Positions 38,935-50,578 are shown, numbered from the stretch's first letter. The stretch is DNA of 64,000 nt from an uncultured Gammaproteobacteria bacterium (GCA_963729605.1 CAVSNY010000006.1:416001-480000); one strand, 5' to 3'. Translations and numbers: made by a program. Notes: generated from the sequence alone by a model not told the origin.

Positions 38935-39579
38935 ATGAATACACGCCGCTACAGCCCGCTCGATCAATGCCTCATTCACCTCGACAACGCGGTGCGCACC
39001 GTGTGGGGCGCGCCCGCCGTCACCGAGCGCGCCGACCCCGCCGATGTCATACCCGAAGGCGATTTGAGCGACGCCGAAAAACGGCTGTCCGCCGGCCTGA
39101 TGCGGGTCAATCACGCCGGCGAGGTGTCGGCCCAAGCCCTTTATCAAGGCCAGAGCCTCACCGCCAAACTGCCCACGGTGCGCGAGAAGATGGAACGGGC
39201 GGCGCGCGAAGAAAACGATCATCTCGCCTGGTGCGAACAACGTTTGCAGGCGCTGGACAGCCGCGTCAGCCTGCTCAGCCCGCTGTGGTATGGCGGCTCA
39301 TTCGCCATCGGCGCCCTCGCCGGTCTCGCGGGTGACAAATGGAGTCTGGGTTTCGTGGTGGAAACCGAGCGGCAGGTGGTGAAGCACTTGGAGGAACACC
39401 TGCAACGGCTACCCACGGCGGACCACAAAAGCCGCGCCGTGCTGGAACAGATGAAGGAAGACGAACTCCACCACGCCACCACCGCCCTGCAAGCGGGCGG
39501 CGCGGAATTGCCGGCGCCGGTGAAGAAGCTGATGGCCGCGACGTCGAAAGTCATGACCACCACGGCGCGGTTTATTTAG
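38935..39579 (+). CDS. coq7: Demethoxyubiquinone hydroxylase Coq7
   Basis: [37 protein letters not shown]. Confidence 0.95.
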   Translation: MNTRRYSPLDQCLIHLDNAVRTVWGAPAVTERADPADVIPEGDLSDAEKRLSAGLMRVNHAGEVSAQALYQGQSLTAKLPTVREKMERAAREENDHLAWCEQRLQALDSRVSLLSPLWYGGSFAIGALAGLAGDKWSLGFVVETERQVVKHLEEHLQRLPTADHKSRAVLEQMKEDELHHATTALQAGGAELPAPVKKLMAATSKVMTTTARFI

Positions 39580-39622
39580 CGTAGCGCTTCGCTAATCTAA
39601 GGAAACGCAATGCGGCGCGTGC

Positions 39623-40229
39623 TCCTCCCCGCCTTTTCAAGGCGGGGTGGCCCGCAGGGCCGGGGTGGTTGGAGTCGAAGCCGATACTTTGTCCGCCAAC
39701 CACCCCGTCGCCTGCGGCGCCACCCCTCCTCGTTTGAGGAGGGGATAAGATTCATAAAGAACGACGCATTAACACTCAGGCGCGCCCTGGCGGATTGATC
39801 CACGCCCTGACTCTTTCCGCCACCGCAACGAAACCCTATGGCGCACATCCTCTTCCCCGCCTTTTCAAGGCGGGGTGGCCCGTCAGGGCCGGGGTGGTTG
39901 GAGTCGAAGCCGATACTTTGTCCGCCAACCACCCCGTCGCCTGCGGCGCCACCCCTCCTCGTTTGAGGAGGGGATAAGATTCATAAAGAACGACGCATTA
40001 ACACTCAGGCGCGCCCTGGCGGATTGATCCACGCCCTGACTCTTTCCGCCACCGCAACGAAACCCTATGGCGCACATCCTCTTCCCCGCCTTTTCAAGGC
40101 GGGGTGGTTGGAGTCGAAGCCGATACTTTGTCCGCCAACCACCCCGTCGCCTGCGGCGCCACCCCTCCTCGTTTGAGGAGGGGATAAGATTCATAAAGAA
40201 CGACGCATTAACACTCAGGCGCGCCCTGG
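39623..40229. repeat. Tandem array of about 2.7 copies of a ~228-bp unit containing an inverted REP-like doublet
   Basis: GCCTTTTCAAGG recurs at 39631, 39859 and 40088; units are almost identical; the third lacks the inner CCCG(T)CAGGG hairpin. Confidence 0.93.
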
Positions 40230-40278
40230 GGGACTGGCCCGCGCCTTTGCGAACAAGCAGACCCCGGCCGAGGGTGAC

Positions 40279-41082
40279 TTACTTCAGATTCTCGCCGTAG
40301 AAAATCTCGGCCATCTCGCGTTGCAGACGCTGGCGGATCAGCTTTTCCTCGCGCGGCGACAGGTCTTCCGCCCCCATGCCGAACAGATAATTGTCGAGGT
40401 CGAAATCCTTGAGGGCCATCTTGGTGTGGAAGATGTTCTCCTGATAGACGTTGACGTCGATCATCTGATAACGGTGCTGGGTGTCCTTGGAAATAAAATC
40501 CTGGATCGAGCTGATGCGGTGGTCGATGAAGTGCTTTTTGCCCTTCACGTCGCGGGTGAAGCCGCGCACCCGGTAATCCATGATCACGATGTCGGACTCG
40601 AAGCTGTGAATCAAATAGTTCAAGGCCTTCAGCGGCGAGATGCGGCCGCAGGTCGATACGTCGATGTCGGCGCGGAAGGTACTGATGCCGTTCTCCGGGT
40701 GACTCTCCGGATAGGTGTGCACCGTGACGTGGCTCTTGTCCAAATGGCCCACCACCGCATCGGGCAAAGGACCGGGGCCGTCCAAATTACGCGACAGGGT
40801 CTCGGAGGTCATCGGCTCTTCGGAGATGAGCATGGTCACGCTGGCGCCCTGCGGATCGTAATCCTGGCGCGCCACGTTCAAAATGGTGGCGCCGATGATA
40901 TTCGATACATCGGTGAGGATCTGCGTCAACCGCTCGGCGTTATACACCTCGTCGATGTACTCGATGTAATCGCGGCGCTGGCGCGCAGTCTTCGCATAAC
41001 AGATATCGTAAATGTTGAAGCTGAGCGTCTTGGTGAGGTTGTTAAACCCTTGCAGCTTCAACTTAGTCAGTGGTTTCACCAA
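40279..41082 (-). CDS. speD: S-adenosylmethionine decarboxylase proenzyme
   Basis: [44 protein letters not shown]. Start is TTG 41082 or GTG 41079. Confidence 0.95.
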   Translation of the reverse strand: MVKPLTKLKLQGFNNLTKTLSFNIYDICYAKTARQRRDYIEYIDEVYNAERLTQILTDVSNIIGATILNVARQDYDPQGASVTMLISEEPMTSETLSRNLDGPGPLPDAVVGHLDKSHVTVHTYPESHPENGISTFRADIDVSTCGRISPLKALNYLIHSFESDIVIMDYRVRGFTRDVKGKKHFIDHRISSIQDFISKDTQHRYQMIDVNVYQENIFHTKMALKDFDLDNYLFGMGAEDLSPREEKLIRQRLQREMAEIFYGENLK

Positions 41083-41186
41083 CGGCGTTTCCCCATCTCT
41101 ACTGTGACCCGATCCACCGTCCATCATAACGGCTCCTATTACCCTCCCCGCCGCGGACGGCGCACCGCCCCGGGGGAGGGCGCACA

Positions 41187-41597
41187 TTATCGCCCATTTT
41201 GCGCGAGAGGGGGATGATAAATCATCTGCACGGTGACCCCGGCCGGGTCCAGGCAGTAAAAACTGCGCGCGCCGTCGCGATGGGTGCGCGGCGCGGTCTT
41301 CATGCTGACGCCCCGTTCGAGCAGGAAGGCATGCCAGTCGTCCACGTCGGCGGGCGTCGCCAGGATGAAACCGATGTGATCCAGACGCTGCGGCCCGCTC
41401 GCCGTCACCCCGGCGGGCCAACGGTGCAGCGCCAGATTATCCACCCCCGAGGTCAGATAGACGTTGTCCGCATCGGGCCGCCATTCCACGGCCATGCCCA
41501 GCAACGCCACGTAAAAATGTTCGCAGGCTTCCAAATCCTCCACGAACAGCGCCATGTGGCGCAAACCGGTGGTGGGGGCGGGACGTCGAGTTGACAT
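41187..41597 (-). CDS. VOC/glyoxalase family protein
   Basis: [29 protein letters not shown]. Confidence 0.88.
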   Translation of the reverse strand: MSTRRPAPTTGLRHMALFVEDLEACEHFYVALLGMAVEWRPDADNVYLTSGVDNLALHRWPAGVTASGPQRLDHIGFILATPADVDDWHAFLLERGVSMKTAPRTHRDGARSFYCLDPAGVTVQMIYHPPLAQNGR

Positions 41598-41651
41598 GGG
41601 CTCTCCGGAAAAACGCAGGGGCGGCGATTATAAGGGAAATGCGCGCGGGCG

Positions 41652-42089
41652 CTAGCCGGCGCCCGACCCGGCCGCCGCGACGATCTCGAAGTCGTGGGTG
41701 ATCTCCACCCCGGCCCGGCCCAGCATGATGGAGGCCGAGCAATATTTCTCCGCCGAGAGGTCCACCGCCCGCTTCACGGCCGCCTCGGCCAAGCCCTGGC
41801 CGGTCACCACGAAATGCACGTGAATCTTGGTGAACACCTTCGGCTCGCTCTCGGCGCGCTCGGCGGAGAGTTCCGCCACGCAACGCGTCACCGGCTGGCG
41901 GCCCTTTTTAAGGATGTGCACCACGTCGTAGGCGGTGCAGGCCCCCACCCCCATCAAGACCAGCTCCATGGGCCGGACCCCGAGATTACGGCCGCCACCC
42001 TCAACCGGACCGTCGATCACGATCGCGTGGCCGCTGCCCGACTCCGCGACGAACTGGGCCTCTTCCACCCATTGGATACGCGCCTTCAT
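41652..42089 (-). CDS. OsmC/YhfA family protein
   Basis: RPMELVLMGVGACTAYD, EKYCSAS; divergent from crp, the conserved yhfA-crp arrangement. Confidence 0.92.
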   Translation of the reverse strand: MKARIQWVEEAQFVAESGSGHAIVIDGPVEGGGRNLGVRPMELVLMGVGACTAYDVVHILKKGRQPVTRCVAELSAERAESEPKVFTKIHVHFVVTGQGLAEAAVKRAVDLSAEKYCSASIMLGRAGVEITHDFEIVAAAGSGAG

Positions 42090-42318
42090 GTTTCATCCTC
42101 GTATTTACTCAGTCTTCAACCACGCTTAACCTTGCGGGATAGCCGAACCCCGTTTGACCCCCCGTCCTATCGCACGCTCTATATAGGGGTGGGGACATAA
42201 GGGATGCGTCGTCTCGATCACTCACATGCGAACAACCGCTAAAACTCTCAAGCCTAAGCGCCGATATGATACCTGAGCCGGCCCGGCGACGTCGTGGCCG
42301 CAGACCGAGGGAACCGAC

Positions 42319-42960
42319 ATGGCCTTAACCGCAAAGCCAAAACCGACGGACAATCCGGTGATACAGCGATTTTTGACGCACTGTCACCGGCGCCGCTATC
42401 CGAACAAGAGCGTGATCATCTACGCCGGCGATCCGCCGGACGCGCTGTATTACATCACCAACGGCTCGGTGGCCGTGGTCAACGAAGACGACGAGGGCCG
42501 CGAAATCGTCCTCGCTTATCTCAACGCCGGTGACTTCTTCGGCGAGATGGGCCTGTTCGAAACCGAAAAACACCGCAGCGCCTGGGTACGCGCGCGCGCC
42601 CAATGCGAGGTGGCCGAGATGAGCTACAACCGTTTTCGGCAATTGACTCAGGAAGACCCGGACATCCTGTTCGCCCTCGCCTCGCAAATGGCGCTGCGCC
42701 TGCGCCGCACCAGCAATATGCTGAGCCGCCTGGCCTTCATGGACGTGGCGGGCCGCGTCGCGCGCACCTTGCTCGATTTGTCTAAAGAGCCGGACGCCAT
42801 GACCCACCCCGACGGCATGCAGATCCGCGTCACCCGCCAGGAACTGGGCCGCATCGTCGGCTGTTCGCGGGAAATGGTCGGCCGCGTGCTGAAGAGCCTG
42901 GAACAGCAAAACCTCATCGCCGCCAAAGGCAAGACCATCGTCGTGCACGGCACCCGTTAA
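42319..42960 (+). CDS. crp: cAMP receptor protein Crp/Vfr
   Basis: [50 protein letters not shown]. Confidence 0.95.
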   Translation: MALTAKPKPTDNPVIQRFLTHCHRRRYPNKSVIIYAGDPPDALYYITNGSVAVVNEDDEGREIVLAYLNAGDFFGEMGLFETEKHRSAWVRARAQCEVAEMSYNRFRQLTQEDPDILFALASQMALRLRRTSNMLSRLAFMDVAGRVARTLLDLSKEPDAMTHPDGMQIRVTRQELGRIVGCSREMVGRVLKSLEQQNLIAAKGKTIVVHGTR

Positions 42961-43003
42961 GGACGGCGGCGCGCGGTCCACAAAGCACTATCCGATACTT
43001 TAT

Positions 43004-43504
43004 TTACAACAGCGCGGGCCGGTCCGGCAGCTCGTTGGGATTTTCACCTTGAAACGGATAATGCCGCTCGCAATGCGCGGCGATGCCCGCCACCGCCTCC
43101 AGCACGCCGCGCTCGAACTCGCCCGCGCGGAAATGCGCCTCCATGACCCGGCACAAGCGCTCCCATTCCGCCTCGCCCACCCGGAGGTTGATGCCGCGGT
43201 CGGCGACGATCTCCACGTCGCGATCCGCCAGCAACAGATAAACGAGCACGCCGTTATTGTGCTCGGTGTCCCACACCCGCAATAACGAAAAGACCTCCAA
43301 GGCCCGTTCGCGCGCGGTTTGGCCGCGCCACAGCGCGCCCAACGACAAGGCCCCTTCCACCACGAAACGGATCTCGCCGAGGTGGCGGGCCTCGCCGGCG
43401 CGGATCGCCGCTTCGATGGCGGACAGCACCGGCGGCGGAAAGGCGGTTCGCAACCGCCACGGCGGCGCCGCCAAGTGCCGGCATAGGCGTGACAGGCTTA
43501 CCAT
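43004..43504 (-). CDS. TPM domain protein
   Basis: GEIRFVVE, WDTEHNNGVLVYLLLADR, NPNELPD. Confidence 0.88.
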   Translation of the reverse strand: MVSLSRLCRHLAAPPWRLRTAFPPPVLSAIEAAIRAGEARHLGEIRFVVEGALSLGALWRGQTARERALEVFSLLRVWDTEHNNGVLVYLLLADRDVEIVADRGINLRVGEAEWERLCRVMEAHFRAGEFERGVLEAVAGIAAHCERHYPFQGENPNELPDRPALL

Positions 43505-44358
43505 CGTCCCGACGCCCCGCCGCCGCCGAAACCACCGCCGCCGCGCATCCCACCGAAACCGCCGCCGCCCCAGCCGCCCCGCCCCGGCAGACCGCCGCCG
43601 CCACCCAACAAAAAGAAAAAGGCCAAGGCGCCGAGCACGACGCTCAACAAGAACGAACTGAATAAAAACCAGGCGAGCACGGCGGCGCCCACCCCGGCCA
43701 GTCCCGCGCCCGCCAAACGGCCGAACAGCGCGCGCAGCATAAAACCGCCGATCAGCGTCGCGACGAACAAGGTCGGCAGCCCCGCCTCCAAATCGCCCGT
43801 CGCCACCGCCGGGCGGGACGGGGCGGGCAAGGGCTCACCCTCGATCAACCGCATGAGCTGCCGCACCCCGGCCATGATCCCGCCGGCGTAATCGTCGCTT
43901 TTGAAATAGGGCACGATGATCTCGGCGATCACCCGTTTGGCCACCGCGTCGGGTATCGCGCCTTCCAAGCCGTAACCCACTTCGATGCGCAGCGCGCGGT
44001 CTTGCAGCGCCACCAGCAGCAACACGCCGTCATCGATATTTTTTCGGCCGAGCTTCCACTGCTCCACGACGCGGATCGAATATTGTTCGATGGTCTCGGG
44101 CGCGGTGGTGGGCACAGTCAACACGGCGATTTGCGCGCCGTGCCGTGCCTCGAACTCGGTGAGGGTCTGCTCCAAGGCGGCGCGTTGCCCCGGCTCGAGC
44201 GCGCCGGCGAGATCGGTGACATGCCCGCGCAGCGGCGGCACCGCCACGTCCGCCGCCGCCCACGGCGCGAACCCGGCAAGCACCGCCAGCAGCGTCCAGC
44301 AGCGGAACCAGGCGCGAGCGGCGATCACCTTATTGCGCGGGGGCGGGTTGCGGTGCAT
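43498..44358 (-). CDS. TPM domain protein (YgcG-like)
   Basis: IEVGYGLEGAIPD; Gly-rich tail GGGFGGGGASGRW. Confidence 0.9.
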   Translation of the reverse strand: MHRNPPPRNKVIAARAWFRCWTLLAVLAGFAPWAAADVAVPPLRGHVTDLAGALEPGQRAALEQTLTEFEARHGAQIAVLTVPTTAPETIEQYSIRVVEQWKLGRKNIDDGVLLLVALQDRALRIEVGYGLEGAIPDAVAKRVIAEIIVPYFKSDDYAGGIMAGVRQLMRLIEGEPLPAPSRPAVATGDLEAGLPTLFVATLIGGFMLRALFGRLAGAGLAGVGAAVLAWFLFSSFLLSVVLGALAFFFLLGGGGGLPGRGGWGGGGFGGMRGGGGFGGGGASGRW

Positions 44359-44953
44359 CGGGCGGCGTGCCGAAATCCACCCGCGGCGCGTTGGAGATCG
44401 CCTGTTCGTTCTCGACGCTGAAATTGGGCTTGGTTTGATAACCGAACACCATGGCGGTGAGATTGGACGGGAAGGACCGCACCGTCACGTTGTAGTCCTG
44501 CACCGCCTTGATGTAACGATTGCGCGCGACGGTGATGCGGTTTTCCGTGCCCTCCAACTGCGCCTGCAGATCACGGAACACCCCGTCGGCCTTGAGCTGC
44601 GGATAGTTCTCCGCCACCGCCAGCAAGCGGGACAAGGATGAAGTCAGCTGGCCCTGCGCCGCTTGGAAGCGGGCGAAGGCCTGTTCATCGTTGAGCAATT
44701 CGGGGGTGACTTGAATGCTGCCCACCCTGGCGCGCGCCTCGGCCACTTGAGTGAGTATGGCCTGCTCATGGGCCGCGTAGCCCTTCACCACGTTCACCAG
44801 ATTGGGCACCAGATCGGCGCGGCGCTGATATTGATTGACGACCTCGGACCAGGCCGCCTTGATTTGCTCGTCGGTCACTTGCAGGGTGTTGTAACCGCAA
44901 CCGCCGAGCGACAGCAGCATCACCCCCATCAGGAATCCCGTCACCGTACGCAT
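44330..44953 (-). CDS. lemA: LemA family protein
   Basis: GCGYN, YQRRADLVPNLV, ENYPQLKA, LEGTENRI. Confidence 0.93.
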   Translation of the reverse strand: MRTVTGFLMGVMLLSLGGCGYNTLQVTDEQIKAAWSEVVNQYQRRADLVPNLVNVVKGYAAHEQAILTQVAEARARVGSIQVTPELLNDEQAFARFQAAQGQLTSSLSRLLAVAENYPQLKADGVFRDLQAQLEGTENRITVARNRYIKAVQDYNVTVRSFPSNLTAMVFGYQTKPNFSVENEQAISNAPRVDFGTPPDAPQPAPAQ

Positions 44954-45032
44954 CGCGTCTCTCCTTTGACCAAACTCAAACCGAGGCGGTCATTGTAACA
45001 AAAGCGGGTAGCGGAGATTTTTACGGGGCTAA

Positions 45033-45063
45033 AAACACAACGGCCCCGTGAGGGGCCGCTGTT
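45033..45063 (-). terminator. Terminator-like hairpin
   Basis: CGGCCCC-GTGA-GGGGCCG with an A tract on the plus strand. Confidence 0.6.
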
Positions 45064-45085
45064 ATCTCATGACCGACGAGAGCGA

Positions 45086-46342
45086 TTAAAAGCGGAAACC
45101 CAGCTGGAGACCGGCGCCCACCTCGTCGCTGTTACCCATCGCGGCGATGTCGACATGGACGCCGAAAGGCGAGAGACCCACGCCCACCGACGCCACGCTG
45201 GTGTCGCTGTCGCTGATGTTGTGGCGATAACCCAAGCGCAGCTGCACCGTATTCCAACCGTTCCATTCGGCGCCGACCGCCCAATATTGGGTGGGGCCGT
45301 CGAGGCCGGCGGGATCGTTCTCCACCAAATCGAGATCGGTCGCCACGGTGAGGGACTTCCATTCATAGGCCAGGCCCAAACGGTATTGCGGGTCGAGGTT
45401 GATGGTATTGCCCAAGACGGTCCGGTATTCCCGCGGGATCAGATTCTTCGCCACCAGGCCGGTGGTCCAGCCGTTGCCGTAACGATGCGCTATACCGACA
45501 TCCAGATTAAAGTCGGTGTATTCTTTTTCGCCCTCGTCCACCGACAGGTCGGCGGTGTCCACGTCCAGACGGTAGTCGAAGGTTGTGGCCTGCACCACTT
45601 TCGGCGTGATGCCGATCGCCACGCCCTGACCGCCGAAGGTGAACTCACGCGCCAGCGACACGCCTATTTCGGACAAGACCACCCCACGCCCCTGCACCGA
45701 GGACGTCATAGTATCGGTGGGGTCGATAATGTCGCCGTTGCCGTCCACGATGCCGGACGTGTCATTGGCTTCCAAACCGTCGATCACCTCATTGAGCTCG
45801 TTAATATCGGATTGGGTGATGTCGAGCAAGGCCCCGCCCATGGCGCGCGCGTTCACGTACAGCGACGCGCCGAAACGCTTGCTGGGCACGCCCACTACCG
45901 CGCCGACGTGCAGCTCGCCGTCCACCGTTTTATTGGAAAGGGTACCCAAACCATTCACCAAAGCGCGGCCGGTGGCCACCACCGCATCTTTGGCGGTGTT
46001 CAGTTCACCGGCCGTGGTGGCATTATTCCATTGATCCACCGCGTTGCTGAACGCGTCGATATAATCGGCCGATTGGAAATCGTCCAGGCTGTCCACCATC
46101 TCATCGGGATCGGCGACCCGCGCGCCGATCACCGGCAACTCGAGACTGAAATCCTCGCCCTCACGGCCGATGGCCAACAAGGCCGGATTAAAAAAACTGG
46201 CATTGGCGCTGGTGCCCGACGCAACCCCGGTACCGCCCATGGCCATGGAGCGCGGGTCGAAGGCGCCGAAGGAAACCGCCCCCGCCTCCTGCATCGTCAA
46301 CAACACCACCGGCAAGCCCATCAATAAAACGCGTTTGTCCAT
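45086..46342 (-). CDS. TraF_2-like outer-membrane beta-barrel (FadL-type N-terminus)
   Basis: FDPRSMAMGGTGVA...FFNPALL; C-terminal LQLGFRF. Start set at ATG 46342. Confidence 0.8.
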   Translation of the reverse strand: MDKRVLLMGLPVVLLTMQEAGAVSFGAFDPRSMAMGGTGVASGTSANASFFNPALLAIGREGEDFSLELPVIGARVADPDEMVDSLDDFQSADYIDAFSNAVDQWNNATTAGELNTAKDAVVATGRALVNGLGTLSNKTVDGELHVGAVVGVPSKRFGASLYVNARAMGGALLDITQSDINELNEVIDGLEANDTSGIVDGNGDIIDPTDTMTSSVQGRGVVLSEIGVSLAREFTFGGQGVAIGITPKVVQATTFDYRLDVDTADLSVDEGEKEYTDFNLDVGIAHRYGNGWTTGLVAKNLIPREYRTVLGNTINLDPQYRLGLAYEWKSLTVATDLDLVENDPAGLDGPTQYWAVGAEWNGWNTVQLRLGYRHNISDSDTSVASVGVGLSPFGVHVDIAAMGNSDEVGAGLQLGFRF

Positions 46343-46835
46343 ATATCCCTCTCCAAATAGCCACGACTCCGACGCACGGCTCGCACCCGCCACGCCACCA
46401 TGCTTGGCTATCGTCCCGCAAGGGGGTCGACTTTAGAGAGGTAGGCGGGGCCGAATCGAGAAACGGAACCCACATCCTGAGGCCATCGCCGCAGGCATTG
46501 ACCGCGGCTGCCGCTGCAAGGCAGGGTGGCAAATCCAGCGCACCAATATCCGGCAAGACCCGGTTTCCGATTGCCGACTCTTTTTCAGCATTAAGCAGTA
46601 CCACTGGCACGGATTCTCCGTCGGACAGCTTTACACTTTAAGATCGGGCGCTTTCGGCAACAGAGCAGTCGTTTGAAATGGCAAGATAAAATTTTTAAGG
46701 CATAAGCGTTGCAGCAATAAAGGGTCTTACCGTTGCGCGCCTCATCGGCCATAAAAATCCGCGTACGGGGGCAGTCGGCAGTGACGGGGTCAACTCGATC
46801 CGAAGCCAAACTCAGGGAATGCAAGGAGCACAACG

Positions 46836-47606
46836 ATGGCAAGAACCGGGACGTATTTCTGGAATAAAAAATTATTAATCGGGGCCGTCGCCGCCCTTGG
46901 CGCGACCACCGTCCAGGCGGTACCCACCACCTACACCAGCCGGGCCGCCTTCGACGCGGCGATCGCCGCCATCGTCCCCGCCGTGAACCAGAACGTAATC
47001 AACTTCGAGAGCGCGTCCGGCGGCGATTTGATTCCAAGCGGGTCCAGTTTCGGCGGCGTCACCTTTTCCTATACCCTTCCCGGCGGCCCACCTCCATTCC
47101 AGGTCGGCATCAATAGCAGCCCGCTCGCGGGAACCTCGGGCTCCAACTTTCTTGGGGTGACCAACGACGGCGGCGCCAGCTTCGGCCAATTCGCTTTGGG
47201 TGATCAGATAGATTTCAGCTTCTCCGCATCCCACGCCTTCGGTATGTACATCATCGTCGGGGATACCTCCTTCGATTTCTTCAATGACGACATCAATCTG
47301 ACTTTCGCCGGCATCACCTTGTCCAACGTGGACGCGGACGTCGCAACCAGTGTAGGCCCCAACAATGTCGCGGCTCTGTTCGTTGGCATCGTCGATCCTG
47401 ACGGCACCTATGGCACCGCCAGTCTGCTCTTCGGCCCGGTGGGCGGCCCGGCGGGCGGCGCCTTCTTCGAGATAGACGACATCGTCAAAACCTCCCCCAC
47501 CGGAAGCGGCGGCGGCGACGACGGGACCATTCCCGAACCCGCGACCCTGGCCTTGTTGGGCGCGGGTATTCTGGGCATCGCCCTGGCACGCCGTAAAAAA
47601 AGATGA
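46836..47606 (+). CDS. PEP-CTERM sorting-domain surface protein
   Basis: Signal peptide VQA; C-terminal IPEPATLALLGAGILGIALARRKKR. Confidence 0.92.
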   Translation: MARTGTYFWNKKLLIGAVAALGATTVQAVPTTYTSRAAFDAAIAAIVPAVNQNVINFESASGGDLIPSGSSFGGVTFSYTLPGGPPPFQVGINSSPLAGTSGSNFLGVTNDGGASFGQFALGDQIDFSFSASHAFGMYIIVGDTSFDFFNDDINLTFAGITLSNVDADVATSVGPNNVAALFVGIVDPDGTYGTASLLFGPVGGPAGGAFFEIDDIVKTSPTGSGGGDDGTIPEPATLALLGAGILGIALARRKKR

Positions 47607-47924
47607 CGCGGCGGTAAAACGCGCAGGCAGCGGGCATGGAGGCCGGCGAATATTCCATCGGCGCTCCACCCTTGTTTCCTCTCCTTCCACATCGTTTACC
47701 GGATAACGCGAACGCGGTACACCGGCTAGTTTGCCGCGCTCCGATCATCGCCCCGCTTGATCAAACCGGACGGCGACATCAACGACGACCTATCGCCCGC
47801 CCACGCGGAAAAAATCCGGTTGTCGATTTTTGAACGGCGTACACTCGTATATTCCCGCATCGTGCAAACCATGCAGAGGTCACCGCAACCAAATCAACAA
47901 GCAAACACTCAAGGAGGAATCACC

Positions 47925-48589
47925 ATGGAAAAGGTTTCAAAGAACGCCCTCCAGGGCCTGGCCCTGGCCCTCGCCACCTTCGTGATGACGCCCGGCACGG
48001 CGTCGGCGTGCAACACCGAACCCTTTTTGGGAACGGTCTGCGCCTTCGGCTTCAACTTTTGCCCGCGCGGCTATCGGCCCGCCGATGGTTCGCTCCTACC
48101 CATCAGCCAGAACACCGCCCTCTTCTCGTTGCTCGGCACCACCTATGGCGGCAACGGCACCACCACCTTCGGCCTGCCGGACTTGCGCGGCCGCGCCCTG
48201 GTGGGAGCGGGCCAAGGCCCCGGCCTCTCCCCCGTCAATCTCGGCGAGATGGCCGGCACCGAACAAGTCACCTTGACGGTGAATCAACTACCGCCCCATA
48301 GCCACTCGGCCACGACCGACGTGACCGTCACCACAACGGCGCGTGCCTTGGGATCGGCCGGCAATACCGACAATCCCAACGGCAACAGCCTGGCGATGGT
48401 GTCCCGGCAAAATATCTACAGCAACGCCGCGCCCACCGTGAACATGAGCGCCAACGCCATCGCCACCACGGCCAACGCCACCACCACCATCGCGCCCACC
48501 GGCGGGGGCAACCCATCGAGAACCGATCGCCTTACCTTGGCATCACTTATTGCGTCGCGGTGGAAGGCATCTTCCCTTCGCGCAACTAA
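47925..48589 (+). pseudogene. Secreted phage tail-collar (MdpB-like) protein, frameshifted near 48505
   Basis: FGFNFCPRG, GSLLPISQNTALFSLLGTTYGGNG, FGLPDLRGR. The alternative frame after GGCGGGGGC gives the canonical IENRSPYLGITYCVAVEGIFPSRN*. Confidence 0.8.
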
Positions 48590-48677
48590 GCCAAGCGCCA
48601 TGCTCATTCACGCCTGCGCTTAAACGCAGGCGTGAATGCAATGCGGTGCGGGGTTTATCGGTACGCCATGCGGCGGC

Positions 48678-49475
48678 TCAGGGGAATAAACGCGCCAATT
48701 CCGCACCGGGATCGGCGGCGCGCATAAAGGCCTCGCCCACCAGAAAGGCATGGACCTGATGACGGCGCAACAAGGCCACGTCATCGCGACTGTGGATGCC
48801 GCTTTCGGTGATGACGATGCGGTCGGCGGGTATCTTGCTCAACAAATCGAGGGTCGTTTCCAAACGCGTATCGAAGTTGCGTAGATTGCGGTTATTGATG
48901 CCGATGAGCGGGGTATTCAACGACAGCGCGCGTTCCAGTTCATCGGCGTCGTGCACCTCCACCAGCACCGCCATCTTCAACTCGGCGGCGAGTTGCGCCA
49001 ATTCGTGCATTTTCTGGTCGCTCAAGGCCGCGACGATGAGCAAAATGCAATCGGCGCCGATCGCCCGCGCCTCGTACACCTGATAAGCATCGACGATGAA
49101 ATCCTTGCGCAACACCGGCAACTCGCAGGCGGCGCGCGCCTGCTGCAAATACGCCTCGCTGCCTTGAAAGAAATCCCGGTCGGTGAGCACCGACAGGCAA
49201 GCCGCGCCGTGTCGGGCATAACCGCGCGCGATCGCGGCGGGGTCGAAATCCTCGCGCAACACCCCTTTGCTGGGCGAGGCCTTTTTGATCTCGGCGATCA
49301 CCGCGGCTTTACCCGCGGCCAACTTGGTCCGCAGCGCGCCGGTGAAATCACGCGGCGCGGGCGCCGAGGGCACTTGCGCACGCAAGGCGTGCAGCGGCAC
49401 CCGCACGCCGCGTTCGGCGACCTCTTCGCGTTTGCGCTGGAGGATTCGTTTGAGAATGTCGGGGGTATCAGTCAT
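48678..49475 (-). CDS. trpC: Indole-3-glycerol phosphate synthase
   Basis: [34 protein letters not shown]. Confidence 0.97.
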   Translation of the reverse strand: MTDTPDILKRILQRKREEVAERGVRVPLHALRAQVPSAPAPRDFTGALRTKLAAGKAAVIAEIKKASPSKGVLREDFDPAAIARGYARHGAACLSVLTDRDFFQGSEAYLQQARAACELPVLRKDFIVDAYQVYEARAIGADCILLIVAALSDQKMHELAQLAAELKMAVLVEVHDADELERALSLNTPLIGINNRNLRNFDTRLETTLDLLSKIPADRIVITESGIHSRDDVALLRRHQVHAFLVGEAFMRAADPGAELARLFP

Positions 49476-49555
49476 GTCGTTCGTTACGGTTTTTTATCGG
49501 CATGCGTAATGTCGATTTTTCTTGGCGCCCTTGGCGGTTTGGCGGTTCAAAATTT

Positions 49556-50578
49556 CTAGGCTTTAAATTCATTGGTCAGCTTCACCAAGGCGTCCAACTT
49601 TTGTTGCGCCGCGCCGCTGGCGATCACCTCGCGGGCCTTAGCCACACCCGCCGCCAAAGTCCCGGCGAGCCCAGCCGCATAAATCGCCGCGCCGGCGTTG
49701 AGACTGACGATATCCCGCGCCGGCCCCGGCTGATCGGCCAACACGGCGCGCAGCATGACCAGGCTCTGTTGCGCATCCTCCACCACCAGCGCGGCGATGT
49801 CGGTGCGGGTCATGCCGAATTGCTCCGGCGTCAAGGTCATGCGGCTAATTCGTCCGTCTTTGAGTTCGGCGACCTGGGTGGGCGCGCCGATCGTGATCTC
49901 GTCGATGCCGTCCTCGCCGTGCACCACCAACACATGACGGCTGCCCAAACGTTGCAATACCCGCGCAAGCGGCTCCAACCAGTGCGGACTGAACACGCCG
50001 ACCACCTGGTTGGGCGCGCCGGCCGGATTGGTGAGCGGCCCGAGCAGATTGAACACGGTGCGCACGCCCATCTCGCGGCGCGGCCCGATGGCGTGTTTCA
50101 TCGCGCCGTGATGCAAGGGCGCGAACATGAAACCCACGCCGACCTCGTGCAGACAACGCGTCACTTGCCCGGAAGTCAGATTCAAATTCACACTCGCCGC
50201 CTCCAACACATCGGCGCTGCCCGAGCGACTCGACACTGAGCGATTGCCGTGTTTGGCGACTTGCGCGCCGGCCGCCGCCGCGACGAAGGCGCTGCAGGTC
50301 GAGACATTGAAGGTGCCGCGCGCGTCGCCGCCGGTGCCGCAGGTATCCACCACATGAGCACCGCTCACCGCGACCCGGCTCGCCAATTCACGCATCACTT
50401 GCGCGGCGGCGGTGATCTCGTCCACCGTTTCGCCCTTCATGCGCAGACCGATGAGAAAACCGCCGATCTGCGCGGGGGTGGCGCCGCCGGTCATGATGGC
50501 GCGCATCACCTCGGTCATTTCCTCGGCGGAGAGATCACGGCGCTCGGTGACGGCGCGGATGGCGGCGGGCATATCCAT
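49556..50578 (-). CDS. trpD: Anthranilate phosphoribosyltransferase
   Basis: [38 protein letters not shown]. Confidence 0.97.
   Translation of the reverse strand: MDMPAAIRAVTERRDLSAEEMTEVMRAIMTGGATPAQIGGFLIGLRMKGETVDEITAAAQVMRELASRVAVSGAHVVDTCGTGGDARGTFNVSTCSAFVAAAAGAQVAKHGNRSVSSRSGSADVLEAASVNLNLTSGQVTRCLHEVGVGFMFAPLHHGAMKHAIGPRREMGVRTVFNLLGPLTNPAGAPNQVVGVFSPHWLEPLARVLQRLGSRHVLVVHGEDGIDEITIGAPTQVAELKDGRISRMTLTPEQFGMTRTDIAALVVEDAQQSLVMLRAVLADQPGPARDIVSLNAGAAIYAAGLAGTLAAGVAKAREVIASGAAQQKLDALVKLTNEFKA

Noticed and set aside
39623-40229. CRISPR array
   Set aside because: Units are ~228 bp with identical intervening sequence; there are no unique spacers and no cas genes.
42205-42230. CRP autoregulatory site upstream of crp
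   Set aside because: Only the TCACA half-site is present; the left half (GTCTC) does not match TGTGA.
45086-46342. Conjugation system implied by the TraF-like barrel
   Set aside because: No other tra/trb genes; this family commonly occurs alone on chromosomes.
47925-48589. Prophage implied by the tail-collar gene
   Set aside because: No other phage genes, and the protein has a secretion-type leader.
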